Shown: positions 55,886 to 58,871 of the stretch, piece by piece | Layout: each line of letters opens with the position of its first letter | Numbering within the stretch: position 1 is the first letter of the stretch | Source of the DNA: Planctomycetota bacterium | GTDB taxonomy: Bacteria; Planctomycetota; Phycisphaerae; UBA1845 | DNA: 58,871 nt | Assembly (NCBI GenBank): GCA_038043045.1 | Contig: JBBTCX010000166.1 | Location: forward strand, 1 to 58,871 | Direction of reading: 5' to 3' | Made by a program: the position numbers and the translations under genes | Notes under the pieces: generated by a model | What the model saw: only the letters and a program-made list of their open reading frames with translations | Told to the model about the DNA's origin: nothing | Database searches by the model: none

Positions 55886-56944
55886 TTGAGAAAGGAGTCT
55901 TACGAGTTTCTCAAGCAGATACAAGAAACGCCGTCACCATCGGGTTTCGAGCAACCGGTTCAAAAAATCGTTCGTGATCGGATGAAGCGATTCGCGGATT
56001 CGATTGCAGTCGACGTGCATGGAAATGTGATCGTCGGGTTGAATCCAAAGGGATCGCCGCGCGTCATGCTGGCCGGACATTGCGACCAAATCGGTCTCAT
56101 GGTGAATTACATCGATGACAAGGGGTTCATCTATTATTTGCCCATCGGGGGTATTGATCCTTCGGTGATGCCCGGATCAAGAGTGACCATCCACACCCGT
56201 CACGGGCCGATCGAAGGGGTCATTGGCCGCAAACCCATTCACGTTCTCAAGCCGGAAGAGCGTGGCGCCAAGATCGAATTGCGGGATACTTGGATCGATA
56301 TCGGAATCAAGAACAAGAAAGAAACGGAAGACGTAGTGAAGGTTGGCGACGCGGTCACGTTTCGCCTGGAGATGGTCCATTTGGGTGGTGATCTGGTCAC
56401 GTCGCCGGGATTCGACAATAAGTGTGGCACGTTTGTGGTCATGGAGGCGCTGCGACTTTGCTCCATCAAGAAACCCAAATGCGCGATTTTTGCGGTAAGC
56501 ACCGTGCAAGAAGAAATCGGGTTGCGTGGCGCCAAGACCGCCTGTTACGGGGTTGATCCGCAAGTGGGCATCGCCGTCGACGTGACCCACGCCACCGACT
56601 ATCCCGACATGGACAAACGGGTTCACGGCGAACTAAGAATGGGCGCCGGACCCGTCTTGTCGACCGGCGCCAACAACAATCCGAAATTGCGCAGACTCTT
56701 GGAAGATGCGGCCAAGGATCGGAGCATTTCGGTCCAAACGGAGGCCGCTCCGAATGCAACCAACACCGACGCCAACGCGATTCAGCTTACGCGAGCCGGA
56801 GTGGCGACCGCGTTGGTAAGCATCCCCAATCGATACATGCACACGCCGGTTGAGATTGTCAGCCTTTCGGACTTGGAAGCGGCTGCCGAATTGATCGCCC
56901 ACACCCTCGTTCGAATCGACCGCCGGACCAATTTTATTCCATGA
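55886..56944 (+). CDS. M42-family (TET) aminopeptidase
   Basis: AGHCDQIG, GFDNK, VQEEIG, DVTH and RYMHT. TTG start at 55886 follows SD AGGGAG. Confidence 0.92.
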   Translation: MRKESYEFLKQIQETPSPSGFEQPVQKIVRDRMKRFADSIAVDVHGNVIVGLNPKGSPRVMLAGHCDQIGLMVNYIDDKGFIYYLPIGGIDPSVMPGSRVTIHTRHGPIEGVIGRKPIHVLKPEERGAKIELRDTWIDIGIKNKKETEDVVKVGDAVTFRLEMVHLGGDLVTSPGFDNKCGTFVVMEALRLCSIKKPKCAIFAVSTVQEEIGLRGAKTACYGVDPQVGIAVDVTHATDYPDMDKRVHGELRMGAGPVLSTGANNNPKLRRLLEDAAKDRSISVQTEAAPNATNTDANAIQLTRAGVATALVSIPNRYMHTPVEIVSLSDLEAAAELIAHTLVRIDRRTNFIP

Positions 56945-58707
56945 TGGATGCAACCGAGATTGTTTCGTTGGCCACTTTTGTGGACGCCGGAGTCTTGCAA
57001 CAGATGCAAGACCGCTTCGGTCGGTTGGGCCAAGTCTCTGTCGTGATCTGTTCGACGGATGGTACACCACTCACTCGACCGACGTGGGGAAGTCGCTTCT
57101 CGAAATTGATCGGCCTCTCATCGCGCGGATCGCAAGAACTCGGCGGCCATCTTAGGGCACTGGCGATCGAACCGCGTCCCTCCAAACCCGTGCAATGTCT
57201 CGCGGGTGTTATGCTTTACGCGGCGATGGTTCGGCACGAAGACCGCGACTTGGCATTGATCATTGTGGGAACACGCTCTCCGATTTGGCCGCCGGCGGAT
57301 AGAATTCGAGAAATCGCCGCATTCTACGAACTCGACGCGGATGATCTCATTCAAGCCACCGCGGAATTGGAAGCCAACATCGGCGGAACTCCCGAAGCCG
57401 CCCATCGCTTTGCCGATGGTCTTGCTGAGACCATTTCAACGCTCTATGCGCAAGGTGCCAGAATCCAGCGCCAATTGACAGACTTGAGAGCCGTTCACGA
57501 ACTGTCCGATCTTTTATCCGGTACCTTTGATCTCCCGGAAATCCTCGACGTGACGGTCAATCGCGTGGTCAAAGTGGTGCCGCCGGTCAAAGCCTCAGCG
57601 ATTCGCTTGTTGGACGAGAAAACCGGCGAGCTCATCATCAAAGCCGTCTGCAACCTCTCCGAGGAATATCTTCGCAAAGGGCCGGTCGTCTTAAACAACA
57701 GCCCGATCGACGGGGCCGCCTTCGCCGGCGAAACCGTTTACATCCGCGATACCACCACCGACCCCCGAATTCGATATCCAGAGAACGCCCGACGTGAAGG
57801 ACTTGTCAGCGGTCTATGCGTGCCCTTGGCCCACGGTGGCCGCACCGTCGGCGTGCTTCGGGTATATACGTCCATCGAATATCGATTCAGTGAATCGGAA
57901 GAAGCCTTGCTGCGATCCTTGGCGTCTCAAGCCGCCGCCGCGATCATCACCAATCGACTCTACGCTGAACAAGTCGAAGCCGAACGTGTCCAACGACAGC
58001 TCGAAGCCGCCAGTGCCATACAACGTCGCATGTTGCCCGACAAACCACCCTCCCATCCCGCGCTTTCTTTCGGTTGTGTATATGCCCCCGCCTTACAAGT
58101 GAGCGGTGACTTCTTCGATTTCATTCCTCTCGATTCCGGCCAATTCGCGGTTTGCATCGCCGATGTCGTGGGAAAAGGTCTACCAGCGGCATTGCTCGGC
58201 GCGTCCGTCCGATCCGCCGTACGCTCCTTGGTTCACGATATCAAACCGCTCGACCACCTGATGGCCCGTGTCAACGTACAACTTTGTCGCGACACTCTTC
58301 CAAGCGATTTTGCGACCCTGGTCTTTGGAGTCTTCTCCCCGAACGGTTCAACCTTCACCTATTGCAACGCCGGTCATTCATCACCCCTCCTCGCACAGGG
58401 CGATCAATTGACCGAGCTCGCCACTGGTGGAATGGCGATCGGCGTGCAAGCCGAATCTGTATATGAAGTAGCGACTTTACACCTCTCATCGGGCGATTGC
58501 TTGGTCTTTGTGACCGATGGCATCACGGAAGCAATGGACTTCGATGGAGCCGCCTACGGGGCGCGCCGTCTTTCCGCTTCTATTCAACGTCATCGCGGCT
58601 TGGATGCCCAACAATTCGCTTGTCAAATCGTCTGGGACGTACGCCGTTTCGTCGGCCTCGCCGAACAATCCGACGACATCACCGTCGTCGTCGCTCAAAA
58701 AAGATGA
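56941..58707 (+). CDS. PocR-GAF-PP2C (SpoIIE/RsbU-like) phosphatase
   Basis: PocR-like N-terminus (LQQMQDRF...DG...QCLAG), GAF (SGLCVPL...VGVLRVY) and PP2C motifs VSGDFFD, IADVVGKG, NAGH, VTDGITE and SDDIT. Confidence 0.9.
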   Translation: MMDATEIVSLATFVDAGVLQQMQDRFGRLGQVSVVICSTDGTPLTRPTWGSRFSKLIGLSSRGSQELGGHLRALAIEPRPSKPVQCLAGVMLYAAMVRHEDRDLALIIVGTRSPIWPPADRIREIAAFYELDADDLIQATAELEANIGGTPEAAHRFADGLAETISTLYAQGARIQRQLTDLRAVHELSDLLSGTFDLPEILDVTVNRVVKVVPPVKASAIRLLDEKTGELIIKAVCNLSEEYLRKGPVVLNNSPIDGAAFAGETVYIRDTTTDPRIRYPENARREGLVSGLCVPLAHGGRTVGVLRVYTSIEYRFSESEEALLRSLASQAAAAIITNRLYAEQVEAERVQRQLEAASAIQRRMLPDKPPSHPALSFGCVYAPALQVSGDFFDFIPLDSGQFAVCIADVVGKGLPAALLGASVRSAVRSLVHDIKPLDHLMARVNVQLCRDTLPSDFATLVFGVFSPNGSTFTYCNAGHSSPLLAQGDQLTELATGGMAIGVQAESVYEVATLHLSSGDCLVFVTDGITEAMDFDGAAYGARRLSASIQRHRGLDAQQFACQIVWDVRRFVGLAEQSDDITVVVAQKR

Positions 58708-58772
58708 CCCAGCCCCCGAAAAAAGTACGCGCACTTGCTTGTGAAACGCATTTCGATATGTTGGTTCAGATA

Positions 58773-58847
58773 CGGGGCGTGGCGCAGTCCGGCTAGCGCG
58801 CCTGCTTTGGGAGCAGGAGGTCGCAGGTTCGAATCCTGTCGCCCCGA
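58773..58847 (+). tRNA. tRNA-Pro (anticodon TGG), CCA not encoded
   Basis: Acceptor CGGGGCG/CGCCCCG, anticodon arm CCTGC-TTTGGGA-GCAGG, T arm GCAGG-TTCGAAT-CCTGT. Confidence 0.96.
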
Positions 58848-58871
58848 GTCGGTTTTTACACCTGAAATCGC

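Noticed and set aside
58773-58871. tRNA-Pro as an integration site
   Set aside because: Only 24 nt follow the tRNA, and no duplicate of its 3' end or integrase is seen in the window.

Overview
The gene content points to a Planctomycetota genome, probably class Phycisphaerae (inferred from a TIGR03067 double-domain protein, GACC Cys-rich and dockerin-like secreted proteins, and a PEP-CTERM protein). In order: a glycogen cluster (glgX partial, glgB, malQ, and a convergent GT4-DUF2934 fusion); a DUF2330 surface protein; two ABC systems with a degenerate GT4; speB; three co-oriented secreted proteases (M4, two-lobed aspartic, M12B) divergent from an ECF sigma/anti-sigma trio; rpsU; an SDR; ahcY; a dockerin-like Cys-rich protein; an accessory locus upstream of mnmE; an oligopeptide ABC ATPase; a TMTC-like membrane protein; an S9 peptidase; a PEP-CTERM protein; feoA-feoB with a Fur-like operator; a ferredoxin; a divergent chemotaxis cluster; an M42 peptidase; a PocR-GAF-PP2C phosphatase; and tRNA-Pro(UGG). 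The best candidate for an undescribed system is 31768-35196. It encodes a secreted Cys-rich HExxHxxGxxH protein followed by four paralogous lipoprotein-like genes. Each of the last three is preceded by an unannotated, in-frame, diverged copy of the last 22-26 codons of the protease gene, which resembles a protease plus an array of captured inhibitor/immunity cassettes. The second candidate is a tRNA-Gln(CUG)-like structure with a defective D-arm in the structured leader of ahcY. No CRISPR array, integrase, transposase or rRNA was seen. Several start codons were re-chosen by eye from the ORF track. Family assignments rest on motif recognition, not database searches.
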